The position numbers and the translations under genes were made by a program. DNA of 64,000 nucleotides from Thermoproteota archaeon (GTDB taxonomy: Archaea > Thermoproteota > Bathyarchaeia > Bathyarchaeales > Bathyarchaeaceae): NCBI GenBank assembly GCA_042565955.1, contig JBHORG010000008.1, positions 1,258 through 65,257 of the forward strand. Reading direction: 5' to 3'. Under the pieces are notes generated by a model. The model had not been told where the DNA came from, made no database searches, and saw nothing but the letters and a program-made list of their open reading frames with translations. Shown here piece by piece: positions 48,561-58,948 of the stretch (position 1 is the stretch's first letter; every line of letters begins with the position of its first letter).

Positions 48561-49322
48561 TTACATAGTAAACTTTTCTCCACCCACAAGAATTCGCTCC
48601 AGCGCTGAGCTGAGGTTAATCAGCCCATCATTTGTTTTCCCAGAAACAGGTATCAATTGGAACTCTAATCCCAAACGATAAATCGCATGCACCATATCTC
48701 TGCTGAGCAACCTTCTTGTCCCGCTTAATTTTTTGTCAATTACAACCTCAAGGGTATAAGGGTCTGTAGACCACTCCACAATACGCTTAGCCTCTTCAGG
48801 AGGAAGCAAGTCACATTTTGAAAGCACATGCAGTTGCGGGAAGAAGAATCGATTATATACTGCAGTTGAAAGGAACATGTTCGAGACGTAGTTAAGAGGA
48901 TTAAATGAGAAAACCGCGTCAAAAAGATATACTATAGCCTTCTGTTCCTTCGTCAACTCGTTCGCTATGTATGGTCCGCTGGCTCTAAAGGCGAAAAGTT
49001 CCATTTGTCCCGGAGTATCCACAAGGACTACGTCGGATTGAAGATCTTCGATTTCGCCTCCGAGGCTCTCGGCCTCCTCCGCTATCAGATCAGAAGCTAA
49101 AACCAAGGCGCCATTAGGTCCAAGCATATATTCCTCCATTATATCGTTAAGATTTATTTGATCACGGATGTCAATATCAGGCGTATATGGCAGATTTAAG
49201 ACACCAGGGTCCAGATTGACGGTCGCTGCTTTCTGTTTTCCAACTTTCAGCCATTCGTTTAAGGAGGCCGTGAGAAGAGATTTTCCCGATCCTGCAGTCC
49301 CAATAATAAATATTACAACCAT
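48561..49322 (-). CDS. GPN-loop GTPase
   Basis: P-loop GTAGSGKS, GPN motif (MLGPNGAL), DTPGQMELF and SKCD. The start was placed at MVVIFIIGTAG; the track start is 49406. Confidence 0.85.
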   Translation of the reverse strand: MVVIFIIGTAGSGKSLLTASLNEWLKVGKQKAATVNLDPGVLNLPYTPDIDIRDQINLNDIMEEYMLGPNGALVLASDLIAEEAESLGGEIEDLQSDVVLVDTPGQMELFAFRASGPYIANELTKEQKAIVYLFDAVFSFNPLNYVSNMFLSTAVYNRFFFPQLHVLSKCDLLPPEEAKRIVEWSTDPYTLEVVIDKKLSGTRRLLSRDMVHAIYRLGLEFQLIPVSGKTNDGLINLSSALERILVGGEKFTM

Positions 49323-49402
49323 ATAAACACCCATATAACACGAAATACCTGAACTGCATATTTCCATTAGACGATATATCTCTTGTCCGCCTCTTTGAAG
49401 AC

Positions 49403-50227
49403 TCAAATTTCTGAGGTTATGGATTTGATCTTTCCACCATTTTTCTGAATAAGCTCTGTAAGTTGAATGACCGCATTACAAACGAGGTTTCTGGCGGTTA
49501 TAGTGTTTTTAGCGGTTGTAGAAAGATGAAATTCGATATAGGGAATTCTTTCAGTTCCTTTCGGGTGTGACTTTATGTAAACTTGAGGGTAATTTTTCAT
49601 CACAATATCGATAAAAGGAGCCATCTCTGACTCCATAACTCTGGTAGAGTGTATACTTGTTTCAAAAAAGGTAACGCCACACGCAACCTGTTTGAGTATA
49701 GGCGCAACAGACGTGTAGAATATGCTTTTCATTTCAGAGGGCACACCAGGAAGAGCAATTATGGTTACGTTTTCATGTTCGATAGATACTGCAGGAGCGG
49801 TTCCAACTGGATTATGTAGAGGTGTAGCTCCTTCGGGAAACTTAGCCATCTTCACACGATACGGAGTTAACTCTACTGCGTCCATTCTGCCCTCCTGCAC
49901 ATAGCTGAGGTATTTCGACTTAACCATCTCCAAAGCCTCTTCGTTGACTTCGGTTCTGCACCCTAACGCCGCAGCTACACCTTCCAACGTTTTGTCATCA
50001 AAGGTGGGACCCAACCCTCCCGTGATTAATATGAAACTGGGGCTACGATGAATCGTCTCTTGGAGGACACAAGATATTTCTTCGATATTGTCACTCACAA
50101 CTGTAACGCGATGAATAAATAATCCCAACGAGGTGATCCGTTTGGCTAACCATTGGGCATTCGTGTTCAGTGTCTTACCAATTAAAAGCTCGTTTCCAAC
50201 GCAAATTATTTCCAAAGACTGACTCAT
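49403..50227 (-). CDS. CinA-like / MoCF-biosynthesis-domain protein (COG1058 type)
   Basis: 274 aa with the N-terminal pattern ICVGNELLIGKTLNTNAQWLA...ITGGLGPTFDDKT. Confidence 0.75.
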   Translation of the reverse strand: MSQSLEIICVGNELLIGKTLNTNAQWLAKRITSLGLFIHRVTVVSDNIEEISCVLQETIHRSPSFILITGGLGPTFDDKTLEGVAAALGCRTEVNEEALEMVKSKYLSYVQEGRMDAVELTPYRVKMAKFPEGATPLHNPVGTAPAVSIEHENVTIIALPGVPSEMKSIFYTSVAPILKQVACGVTFFETSIHSTRVMESEMAPFIDIVMKNYPQVYIKSHPKGTERIPYIEFHLSTTAKNTITARNLVCNAVIQLTELIQKNGGKIKSITSEI

Positions 50228-50346
50228 AGATACTCCTAAACTGTTTACTAATTAAAAAGATAATAACTTCTTTGTTTGTAAATGAAGATTCAGTTATAAA
50301 GCATGTTACCTAGGTAATCTTTCAAAACGTTATATTTTGTAACATA

Positions 50347-50553
50347 TTATTTTTTCTTGCCGAGCCACCACTTCAGGTAATCATTTCTCTTCTGTTGACG
50401 TTGTTCCTCACTGCTCTCGAATTTTGGTCTCATCTTTTCACGTAACTCGAAGAGCTCCTGAGGAGTCAGAGAAAGCCCGCAGCTCTTGCAAACATAGCGT
50501 TTCGTATGGGAAACATATTGTAGTTCGCCGCCACATTCAGGACAATATCGCAT
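50347..50553 (-). CDS. small zinc-ribbon protein
   Basis: 68 aa with CPECGG...CKSCG and a basic C-terminus. Confidence 0.55.
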   Translation of the reverse strand: MRYCPECGGELQYVSHTKRYVCKSCGLSLTPQELFELREKMRPKFESSEEQRQQKRNDYLKWWLGKKK

Positions 50554-50722
50554 GGTATTCGCCTTTTCTCTCTTTGTTTCTACTTAGATATATAAAGGTA
50601 GATGCTTGAAAAATAGATTTTGATGTTACATAGAAGCTGAGATCTGCCCACTTTGGTATGAAATATCTATTAACAACTTATTACAGTAAATCTATTGAAT
50701 CCAATAATTTGGGGAAACCAAA

Positions 50723-51160
50723 TTGACAGGAATCTTTGGAACCGGGGCACTCCTTCAGGTAGACATCAATCTCATATTACAGGTCCTGATGTTTCTAATA
50801 TTTATCATCGGCTTGATTTACAAGAGTAAAAGAAAAATCAAGAGACATGGTCAATTAATGGGGATCGCAGTTATCCTGCATATAATTTCGTTTCTAGGAG
50901 TAATGGGACCCGTATTCTTCGCAGACCTTGAGTCTTTTGTGACGTTCATTTCAGTTTTAGAAGTTCAATCACTATGGATTCACGCGATTCCAGGAACCAT
51001 AGCAATGATTCTAGGAATATTTTTGGTGGGAGCTTGGGCTTTCCGATTTTCTAATATTGGGGCGTGTATCAAAAGGAAGAGACTGATGGACATCACTGTT
51101 CTTCTCTGGTTTATATCTTTGATATTTGGAATAGTTACTTACATACTGTTTTACGTTTAG
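50723..51160 (+). CDS. 4-TM membrane protein (DUF420-like?)
   Basis: 145 aa with four hydrophobic helices and a TTG start. The family call is tentative. Confidence 0.45.
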   Translation: MTGIFGTGALLQVDINLILQVLMFLIFIIGLIYKSKRKIKRHGQLMGIAVILHIISFLGVMGPVFFADLESFVTFISVLEVQSLWIHAIPGTIAMILGIFLVGAWAFRFSNIGACIKRKRLMDITVLLWFISLIFGIVTYILFYV

Positions 51161-51236
51161 CTTGGAGTTCACTAAATTTGACTCCATAACGCAACATGCT
51201 ACATCTACGACAAAACTAGCTCTTCTAATTGAGAGG

Positions 51237-52328
51237 TTATGTTATAAAATTGGTTAGTCCTGCATTTTTCACCAGTTTTATGGCACGTTGCTTCTCCGTT
51301 TCAGTAAGACGCCGTCGCAGTTCAGATATCTCGTGTGCTCTCCATTCGGGACGGTATTGAAACATTAAATTCATACGAACAGACTTACCGAGGTTTGTGG
51401 ATATCCATTTCAAGATGGGTTTTGTGCAGCACTCAAGATGATTCGGTAGTACTAATACTCGTATGATCAGTTCTCCATATTTTTTTGCGTTCAGTTGGTT
51501 TCTGGTGCAGGCCATCCAATAGTCTGGAGCATCTGAAAGTTTTTCCGCGCACTCCTTGGGTCCATACTTGAAGTCCAGAATATAAACGTCGATAAATCCA
51601 GTAAGCAGTTTTGCTGTCTCCACACTATAGTAAGAGTTGGAGTTCCAAACCACGGGCACATTAACTTCAACATATCTGAATGTCTCAAGCCATTGACTGA
51701 GCCACGAGGTAGGATCTCCACCCACAAGATTGGCATTTCTACAGCCTCCCTTACGAAGCTGCTCTATCGCCTGTGCCAATTGTTGAGGTGAATAGATTTC
51801 ACCTGACTCGAACCACTGGGATATACTCCAGTTTTGGCAATGAAGACATCTGAGCGTGCATCCGAGAGTGAATATTGTTCCTGAAGGAACCAATTCTGGT
51901 TCTTCACCAGTATGTGAAAAAATTGTGGAAACTGTGGCTTTTGTTCCGCATTTGCAATAACCTAATTCTTCAGCTGTTCTGTTTGAGTTGCATCTGCGAG
52001 TACACAAATGACAAGATTGTAGAGTACGATTTGTTATTTCGATTTTTAAGTCAAGAAAAGAAGCTTCTGGAACATCAAATTCGTCTAGCCGTTTTTGCCG
52101 GGTTTCTATTTCTTTTTCGAGGCGATAGAACTTTTTTGTGTGTTGGTCATGGAGTTTCCACAGTTTTCCAAGTGAATCAGTCTTGTTGAAGTTAACAGGT
52201 AGTTTTTTGGCTATAAGGAACTTGGCAGGTTTGTCATCTTCCATGATTGAGAAGTATCTTGCTAAGCTGGTTCGAACCTTTTTGTCCATTAGAACGGCTT
52301 TTGCGTCGGGTCTCCATATAGTCCACAT
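51237..52328 (-). CDS. radical SAM protein, PflX-like (pyruvate formate-lyase activase-related)
   Basis: 363 aa with CTLRCLHCQNW (CxxxCxxC) and an upstream Cys cluster (CHLCTRRC...YCKC). Confidence 0.75.
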   Translation of the reverse strand: MWTIWRPDAKAVLMDKKVRTSLARYFSIMEDDKPAKFLIAKKLPVNFNKTDSLGKLWKLHDQHTKKFYRLEKEIETRQKRLDEFDVPEASFLDLKIEITNRTLQSCHLCTRRCNSNRTAEELGYCKCGTKATVSTIFSHTGEEPELVPSGTIFTLGCTLRCLHCQNWSISQWFESGEIYSPQQLAQAIEQLRKGGCRNANLVGGDPTSWLSQWLETFRYVEVNVPVVWNSNSYYSVETAKLLTGFIDVYILDFKYGPKECAEKLSDAPDYWMACTRNQLNAKKYGELIIRVLVLPNHLECCTKPILKWISTNLGKSVRMNLMFQYRPEWRAHEISELRRRLTETEKQRAIKLVKNAGLTNFIT

Positions 52329-52469
52329 AAAGTTTCGTCCGTAATAATCCTGTTTATCATATCAATTTATGGAAGTTGTATTCAGGATTTCGGGTAACCC
52401 GTCAGGATAAAAGAATACAGAAAAGTCTATAGCCAAAAAATGCTTGACATACTGTTGGGATGATAAAAG

Positions 52470-52733
52470 ATGGCAATAGCAGGAGGAACGACAGCCGCTT
52501 CAACAGCAGCTATAGCAGCACAGCACACAAGTTCGTATCGAGTTAAATTCAAACGAAAAGAGTTTTTGGAATTGGTGGAATTAGCAAAACCAATAGTAAT
52601 CTACCAGACTGGAAGAATGCACTTTTTCGCCTTTGATGGCTTCGCCATGTACATCTTTGAGTGTGAAAACAGCGATTTCAAACAAAAAGTCTTACATGCA
52701 ATCGAATTCTCAAACACCCAATGGAACGAGTGA
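52470..52733 (+). CDS. hypothetical protein
   Basis: 87-aa track ORF with an Ala/Thr-rich N-terminus. I recognise no family. Confidence 0.3.
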   Translation: MAIAGGTTAASTAAIAAQHTSSYRVKFKRKEFLELVELAKPIVIYQTGRMHFFAFDGFAMYIFECENSDFKQKVLHAIEFSNTQWNE

Positions 52734-52965
52734 CACCACATAACCAATTTACCAGAAACGTTTTTTTGTCATGTAATATTATGGAAAACAACAGTTTGCA
52801 CAGTGTTGGTTGGAAAGAAAATTAGCTGAGGACTTGAGAAAATTCACAAAAGACATTGTCTATTACTTATCCTACTGTGACAGAGTCTTGAACAACAGCA
52901 TTTTTATTTCTCAGATAAATTCATATGCGATTTCGCTCAAATAAAATGCGCGTCAAAGAGGCATC

Positions 52966-54246
52966 ATGATGAAAAAAACGTCTCAAATTTCAGGTTTCTA
53001 TAAGTTAACGCCCAAAGAGAGAATAAGGCACGTTAAAGAATTTGCAGACTTAACCGAGAAAGAAGTGAAGATTCTCCAGTCAACTGGCTCATTAGGAATG
53101 GAGCTGGCGGACCGCATGATAGAAAATGTTGTCGGAGCGTTTCCGATACCCCTTGGAATAGCAATGAACTTTTTCATCAACAGAAAAGATTACATGATAC
53201 CAATAGCCATTGAGGAACCTTCAGTGGTTGCGGCAGCCACTTACGCCGCAAAGATGGCACGAGAAAAAGATGGTTTCTTCACAAGCAGCACAGAACCAGT
53301 TATGATCGGACAGATACAAGCCGTGGAGATCAAAGACCCATTTGCGGCAAAAATGAAGATATTAGCAGCAAAAAAGGAGATTCTGAAGAAAGCAAACGAT
53401 CAGGATCCCATGCTGGTTTCTGTTGGAGGAGGGGCTAGAGAAATAGAAGTAAAAGTAATAGATACAAAAACGGGTCCGATGGTAATAACAGAACTTCACG
53501 TTGACTGCCGGGACGCCATGGGAGCTAATGCAGTAAACACTATGGCTGAAGCAGTCGCTCCTATTATAGAAAGAATAACAGGAGGCAGAGTGTATCTGAG
53601 AATAATTTCGAACCTTGCTGTGAAGCGACTTGCAAGAGCATGGACGGTTATTCCAAAAGAGGCTGTGGGTGGCGAAGAAGTTGTTGACGGCATAGTTGAG
53701 GCTTACAGTTTTGCAGCGGCAGATCCCTACCGGGCTGCAACTCACAACAAGGGTATCCTAAACGGAATAATTGGAGTTGTAATAGCTACAGGTAATGATC
53801 ACCGTGCTATAGAGGCTGGAGCCCATGCATATGCTTCAAGAAATGGGCATTATAGCTCCCTTTCGTATTGGGAGAAAAACAGCGATGGAGATCTAGTGGG
53901 TTCAATTGAATTGCCAATGGCTGTCGGTCTAATTGGTGGAGCAACAAAGGTCCATCCAACCGCTAAGGTTGTGTTAAAGATTTTGGGTGTAAAAACAGCC
54001 AATGAATTGGGGGAGATTATGGTCGCTGTTGGTTTGGCTCAGAACTTGGGTGCTCTACGTGCCTTAGCTCATGAGGGTATTCAAAGAGGGCACATGTCGC
54101 TTCATGCTCGAAATGTAGCGATTACAGCCGGGGCCTCAGGAGAACTGATAGACATGATTGTTGAGAGGATGGTTAAGGAACGTAAGGTACGAATGGATAG
54201 GGCAATAGAATTATTGGAAGAATTCAATAAGAGGGAAAGAATGTGA
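52966..54246 (+). CDS. HMG-CoA reductase, class II-like
   Basis: 426 aa. The N-terminal half aligns by eye with the Pseudomonas mevalonii-type enzyme (MIENVVGAFPIPLGIAMNF.IN..., EEPSVVAAATYAAKMAR..GF.TSS, DAMGANAVN). Confidence 0.9.
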   Translation: MMKKTSQISGFYKLTPKERIRHVKEFADLTEKEVKILQSTGSLGMELADRMIENVVGAFPIPLGIAMNFFINRKDYMIPIAIEEPSVVAAATYAAKMAREKDGFFTSSTEPVMIGQIQAVEIKDPFAAKMKILAAKKEILKKANDQDPMLVSVGGGAREIEVKVIDTKTGPMVITELHVDCRDAMGANAVNTMAEAVAPIIERITGGRVYLRIISNLAVKRLARAWTVIPKEAVGGEEVVDGIVEAYSFAAADPYRAATHNKGILNGIIGVVIATGNDHRAIEAGAHAYASRNGHYSSLSYWEKNSDGDLVGSIELPMAVGLIGGATKVHPTAKVVLKILGVKTANELGEIMVAVGLAQNLGALRALAHEGIQRGHMSLHARNVAITAGASGELIDMIVERMVKERKVRMDRAIELLEEFNKRERM

Positions 54247-55115
54247 TAGTCGTTCCAGGTCCAGCATCTCAGAGTTTGGGTAGAAAGATTGCAGAAACAT
54301 TGAAAGCTAGAATTGTTCCCGTTAATCTCAAAACATTTCCTGACGGAGAGTATTGTCTCCGTTTAGAAGGTGACATAACTAAAGAAGAAGTGGTTGTTGT
54401 TCAGACTACTGGACCGCCACAGGATACGAATGTTATGCAGCTTTTACTGATGCTAGATGCAGCCAAAGATTTGGGAGCGAAAAAGTTAACAGTTGTAGTG
54501 CCGTACTTGGCTTTTGCGAGACAAGATAAACGGTTTTTGGCGGGCGAGGCAGTTAGCGGAGAAACTTTAATCAAACTCATTGAATCGTGTGGAGTTGACC
54601 AATTTATCACCGTGAACATCCACGCAAAAAACACGTTAAAGAACTTCAAAGGACTAACAAAGAACCTTTCAGCTATAACTTTACTTGCAGATTACTTCAA
54701 GAGCCGAGGATTAGAAGGAGCTTTTTCGTTGTCACCAGATAAGGGTGCGATTGGGTTGGCTGAGGATGCTGATAAAATTCTGAGGGGAGGATACGGTTGG
54801 CTGAAGAAGGAACGTGACCGCTACACCGGCGAGATTCAGGTTGAAGATAAAAGTCTTTACGTCAACGGAAGGGACGTAGTTGTCTTCGATGATATAATCA
54901 GCACTGGAGGAACAATAGCCAGAGCAATAAAAATGCTGAAGACTCAGGGTGCTCGAAAAGTCTATGCAGCTTGTGTCCATCCGTTGCTTATAGGAGAGGC
55001 AAGAAACAAGATAATAGAAAGCGGAGCAGAGGAGATCGTTGGTACAGACAGCATCCCCAGTTCAGTAGGAACCGTATCACTTGCCCCCTTGATTGCGGAG
55101 GCATTGACCAGATAG
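54243..55115 (+). CDS. prs: ribose-phosphate pyrophosphokinase
   Basis: 290 aa. The GTG start overlaps the HMGR stop (GTGA). It has the PRPP-binding loop VVFDDIISTGGT. Confidence 0.9.
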   Translation: MIVVPGPASQSLGRKIAETLKARIVPVNLKTFPDGEYCLRLEGDITKEEVVVVQTTGPPQDTNVMQLLLMLDAAKDLGAKKLTVVVPYLAFARQDKRFLAGEAVSGETLIKLIESCGVDQFITVNIHAKNTLKNFKGLTKNLSAITLLADYFKSRGLEGAFSLSPDKGAIGLAEDADKILRGGYGWLKKERDRYTGEIQVEDKSLYVNGRDVVVFDDIISTGGTIARAIKMLKTQGARKVYAACVHPLLIGEARNKIIESGAEEIVGTDSIPSSVGTVSLAPLIAEALTR

Positions 55116-55126
55116 GTGCCAAGTTC

Positions 55127-56161
55127 GTGGCAAAACTTTTCTTTCTAATCTCAGGAGAACACCAAACGCTTCCAGTTTCAGAATTACAAGCGATTCTGAA
55201 GGCTGAGGGCATTAAGTATCGAATCGTGGAGAAGCTGACCCAAGTTCTGCGCCTTGAGGCTGATGGCAGCAGTGTAGATCCAATTAAATTTAGGTCTGCC
55301 ATGACCCGTGTTTGTTGCCAAGAGATATTCAACTGTGAAGCAAAGCTCCCCGAAATTTTGGGTAACATACGACCTCATCTCCTAGACGAGTTTATTTGTG
55401 ATGAAAGTTTTGCAGTTAGAATTAGAAGAGTGAAAGGTGTCACTCCTGCGCTTGTTCGTGTCGATCTGGAACGCAAACTTGGAGAAAAGATACTAAAAAC
55501 GGTTAAGAATACGAGAGTAAATTTGTCGAATCCGCAAAAAACGTTTTTTGGCGTCCTAACAGATAACCAATTTATCTTCGGATTAAAAACAGCTGAGATA
55601 ATTCCAAAACCATTCTTCGAAAGAAGACCCAGACGAAGACCGTTCTTTCATCCCACGGCTATGCCAGCGAAACTAGCAAGAGTTATGGTGAATTTGGCTC
55701 AGCCGAAAAGTGGTGATTTGATGTTAGATCCATTCTGTGGAACTGGAGGAATGCTTGTGGAGGCTGGGCTAATAGGTTGTCGTGTTATTGGCTTTGATGC
55801 GAAACCACACATGCTACGGGGAGGACTGAAAAACATTAATTATTTTGGGATAAAGCTGGAAGGATTAGTGATAGCTGATGCCCGTCATCCTCCATTAACA
55901 GAAGTAGACTGCATTGCGACAGACCCACCTTATGGTAGATCAGCAAGTACACTAGGAACAAACACCAGACTAATCGTTGAGGATTTTCTTTCCGAAATTG
56001 GGGACAAACTTCCTAAAGGTGCTAAAATTTGTATGGCATCCCCTGAAACAATAACAATTGGCACCGCTGGGGAAGATGCTGGATTCAAGCATTTAGAGTC
56101 ACATTTTGTTTATGTGCACCGAAGTTTAACCCGGGAGATAGTTGTTTTCGAGAGAATCTGA
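55127..56161 (+). CDS. THUMP-domain tRNA guanine-N2 methyltransferase (Trm11/Trm-G10-like)
   Basis: SAM fold (DPFCGTGG) and the catalytic DPPYG. The start was placed at the in-frame GTG at 55127 after the prs stop. The track start at 54971 overlaps prs. Confidence 0.75.
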   Translation: MAKLFFLISGEHQTLPVSELQAILKAEGIKYRIVEKLTQVLRLEADGSSVDPIKFRSAMTRVCCQEIFNCEAKLPEILGNIRPHLLDEFICDESFAVRIRRVKGVTPALVRVDLERKLGEKILKTVKNTRVNLSNPQKTFFGVLTDNQFIFGLKTAEIIPKPFFERRPRRRPFFHPTAMPAKLARVMVNLAQPKSGDLMLDPFCGTGGMLVEAGLIGCRVIGFDAKPHMLRGGLKNINYFGIKLEGLVIADARHPPLTEVDCIATDPPYGRSASTLGTNTRLIVEDFLSEIGDKLPKGAKICMASPETITIGTAGEDAGFKHLESHFVYVHRSLTREIVVFERI

Positions 56162-56227
56162 ATTTGCACAAAAGGCGTAACCAAATAAACCAAACAGATC
56201 ATACATTTATAAGAGGAAAAAGGCGAG

Positions 56228-57151
56228 GTGACAGATTTGCAGATAACATTTCTGGGAACAGGTGGAAGCATCCCAACACCAAAGAGGGGATTGTCAGCGG
56301 TTGCGATCCGAAGAAAAAATGAATTGTTACTTTTTGACTGCGGCGAAGGTACCCAACGGCAAATGATACAAGCAGGAATAGGCTTTCATAAGAAAGCAAA
56401 AGTTTTTGTCACCCACTTGCATGGTGACCATGTTCTGGGTTTGCCTGGGCTTCTCCAGACAATGTCTCTGCTGGGAAGAACAAACAAACTGGAAATTTAT
56501 GGACCACAGGGAATCAAAGAATTTGTAGAAGCGATAAACCAAACTGTAAGCTTCAAGCTCACTTTTCACATCAAAATTAAGGAAATCGAGGTAGGTATTG
56601 TCTGTCAAGAAAAGGAGTATAAAGTAAGCGCGGTCCAATCAGTTCACATGAATCCTAGTTTATCTTACGCTTTGATAGAGAAGCCGCGACCTGGAAGATT
56701 CAATAAAGAAAAAGCCAAAGAGTTAGGTGTTCCTGAAGGACATCTATGGGCAAAACTTCAGTCTGGAGAATCAGTGAAGCTTACGGATGGCAAAGTTGTG
56801 TATCCTAAGCTAATTTTAGGGGCAGCCCGTTCTGGAAGAAAAATTGTTTACACAGGAGATACAGGATCGTCAAAACTTCTTGTGAAATTGGCTGAAAATG
56901 CTGATTTGCTGATTCATGAAGCCACATTTGAAGATAAAATGAAGGAAAGGGCACTAGAGGATGGACACTCAACTCCAAGCATAGCTGCAGAAACAGCTAA
57001 AGAGGCTGACGTGAAACGGCTTGTTTTGACGCACATCAGCGCTAGATACAAAGACGCAAACCTGCTGCTGAATCAAGCAAGGAAGATTTTTGCTAACACT
57101 GAAATAGCAGAAGACTTTTTGCGGGTAGAGTTGCCTCTCCATGAAGATTAA
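56228..57151 (+). CDS. rnz: ribonuclease Z (tRNA 3' endonuclease)
   Basis: 307 aa with the metallo-beta-lactamase motif THLHGDHVLGLPGLL and an LGTGGSIPT N-terminus. Confidence 0.9.
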   Translation: MTDLQITFLGTGGSIPTPKRGLSAVAIRRKNELLLFDCGEGTQRQMIQAGIGFHKKAKVFVTHLHGDHVLGLPGLLQTMSLLGRTNKLEIYGPQGIKEFVEAINQTVSFKLTFHIKIKEIEVGIVCQEKEYKVSAVQSVHMNPSLSYALIEKPRPGRFNKEKAKELGVPEGHLWAKLQSGESVKLTDGKVVYPKLILGAARSGRKIVYTGDTGSSKLLVKLAENADLLIHEATFEDKMKERALEDGHSTPSIAAETAKEADVKRLVLTHISARYKDANLLLNQARKIFANTEIAEDFLRVELPLHED

Positions 57152-57939
57152 ATGAATAGTTCTCGAAGAAATTGTAGGCTTTCGTCTATATGGTCTGTTG
57201 ATTCGATCATAATTAAATTGTCGTAATCTGTCTCCCTAACCATTTTAGCTACGTTTTTCCAATCGATGTTTCCATATCCTATCCCCTGATGCAGATCGCT
57301 ATCTCCATTGTTGTCGCTTACGTGTATATGAACAATTTTTTTGGAGAACTGGGTTATAAAATCCCGGAGTTGACGATTCAGGTTAGCATGCGCTATGTCT
57401 AATACCATGTCTATGTCGTCATTAAGGTCTTGGTAAAACGTGTGAAATTCGTCCACACTTTTCATTATTGAGGGAAAAGGCTCAGGAGTGTTCTCGATAG
57501 CAACCTTAACATCTTCTCTTCTGGCAACATTTAGCAAGGTGTGAACAGACTCCAGATTCAGTTGCCAATCTTCTTTAGGGTAAATGTGACTAAGAGCAGT
57601 TCTAGAACCCGGATGAAACAACCACAAGCGACAACCCAACTGCCCCGCAATAACAATCGATTTTGTTAGGCGTTTTAAGACTGAACGACGCAAAGCTGGG
57701 CTAGGAGTTGCAATGTTTATTCCTACCCAAGGAGCATGAACAACAAAGTCTAGATTACGAGTTTCGGCGATTTCTTTTAGTTTTTTTACTCTTCTCTTGT
57801 TTAGTGTATGTAATCCTTCGTCGGGCAATTCAATATGTTTTACTTCAACGTGGGTTAGACGCTTTAGAAGAGACTTGAAGGGTTCGTTTAAACAGTAGAG
57901 CATTGACAAACCGATTTCTGGTTTAGTCATGCTGACCAC
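57148..57939 (-). CDS. sugar-phosphate isomerase/epimerase (xylose-isomerase-like TIM barrel)
   Basis: 263 aa with the AP-endonuclease-2/TIM-barrel pattern (HAPW...NIA, FHPG, IENT, DIAHAN, HVSDN). Confidence 0.7.
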   Translation of the reverse strand: MVSMTKPEIGLSMLYCLNEPFKSLLKRLTHVEVKHIELPDEGLHTLNKRRVKKLKEIAETRNLDFVVHAPWVGINIATPSPALRRSVLKRLTKSIVIAGQLGCRLWLFHPGSRTALSHIYPKEDWQLNLESVHTLLNVARREDVKVAIENTPEPFPSIMKSVDEFHTFYQDLNDDIDMVLDIAHANLNRQLRDFITQFSKKIVHIHVSDNNGDSDLHQGIGYGNIDWKNVAKMVRETDYDNLIMIESTDHIDESLQFLRELFI

Positions 57940-57945
57940 ATATTT

Positions 57946-58374
57946 CTATTTTGACCGTGAAAACGATTTTCGTTTCGACGGTCTTGGCGCGAGCCAGTCG
58001 ATCAGTTTTCGTGGGTTGTCACAACGGATTTTTACTTTGATTGGTCCTAGGGGCGATTCTGCTGTTTGCTGTGAGAAAGAAATGTGGCCAACATAAGCGA
58101 CCTGCTTGTTCAGGTAAAAGACTAACGATTTTTCGTCCATTCCACTACGGAAGATTTTTCTGGCAGCTGCAAGAATTCGTTCACGGTTAAGCAGATTGTA
58201 TAATTTGGTTAGTCCTTCAGTTCCGCAGGTTTTAGTTGTGAGTAAATGTCCCCATGTTTTGGGTTTGACCTTGAATGTCAAGGTTCCAAAGATGTTTTCC
58301 ACTGCATGTTTGACTTTCTCTGGGTCTTCGGTTGGATTAACTTCCACCTCAACATTTACAATTATGTCACTCAT
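57946..58374 (-). CDS. UPF0201-family putative RNA-binding protein
   Basis: 142 aa (MSDIIVNVEVEVNPTEDPEKVKHAVENIF...). It is paired with a UPF0200-type kinase, as I recall for this family. Confidence 0.55.
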   Translation of the reverse strand: MSDIIVNVEVEVNPTEDPEKVKHAVENIFGTLTFKVKPKTWGHLLTTKTCGTEGLTKLYNLLNRERILAAARKIFRSGMDEKSLVFYLNKQVAYVGHISFSQQTAESPLGPIKVKIRCDNPRKLIDWLAPRPSKRKSFSRSK

Positions 58375-58948
58375 CTTCGAGTACCTTCTTAATGAACTGT
58401 AGGGTTTTCTGTTTCAACTGCCTGATAGTTCCTTCGTTCACTATCATGTAGTCGGCAACGGAAATTACGTCACCTATACCGATTCCAAGTTCTCTTAGGT
58501 CTCTTTCCATGAACGTATCCCAGTCTGTTGGGTCGTCGCTTCGTCTTCTTCTAACCAGTCGCTGATATCTTGTTTTTGGAGATGCGTGAATTGTGATTAG
58601 AATAAACAGTGGAAAATGTTTCTTGAATTCTTCTACTTCATTGAGGCTTCGAATGCCATCGATGAAAACTACTCGACGAGGCTGATTTTTCAGTTTTAGG
58701 ATGCACCGTTTGGCGATAGCTGCTGATCCCTCTATCTTTCTAAGGTTTAGCATAGTTTCAGCTAGGTTTTCGGGGTTTGGCTTTAGCTCTCTTCGTTTGA
58801 CTTCTTCTCTTACCTCATCTCCCATTATCACGAAGGGATAACCTAGTCTCTGAATTGTTCTTCGAAAGACTCCCTTACCGGCTCCGGGCATTCCAGTTAT
58901 ACCTACAACGACTTTATTTATTATCGTAAACCCCTCTGTCCTGTACAC
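58367..58948 (-). CDS. P-loop nucleotide kinase (UPF0200 / dephospho-CoA-kinase-like)
   Basis: P-loop GITGMPGAGKG. The gene overlaps the downstream gene by 8 nt. Confidence 0.65.
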   Translation of the reverse strand: MYRTEGFTIINKVVVGITGMPGAGKGVFRRTIQRLGYPFVIMGDEVREEVKRRELKPNPENLAETMLNLRKIEGSAAIAKRCILKLKNQPRRVVFIDGIRSLNEVEEFKKHFPLFILITIHASPKTRYQRLVRRRRSDDPTDWDTFMERDLRELGIGIGDVISVADYMIVNEGTIRQLKQKTLQFIKKVLEDE

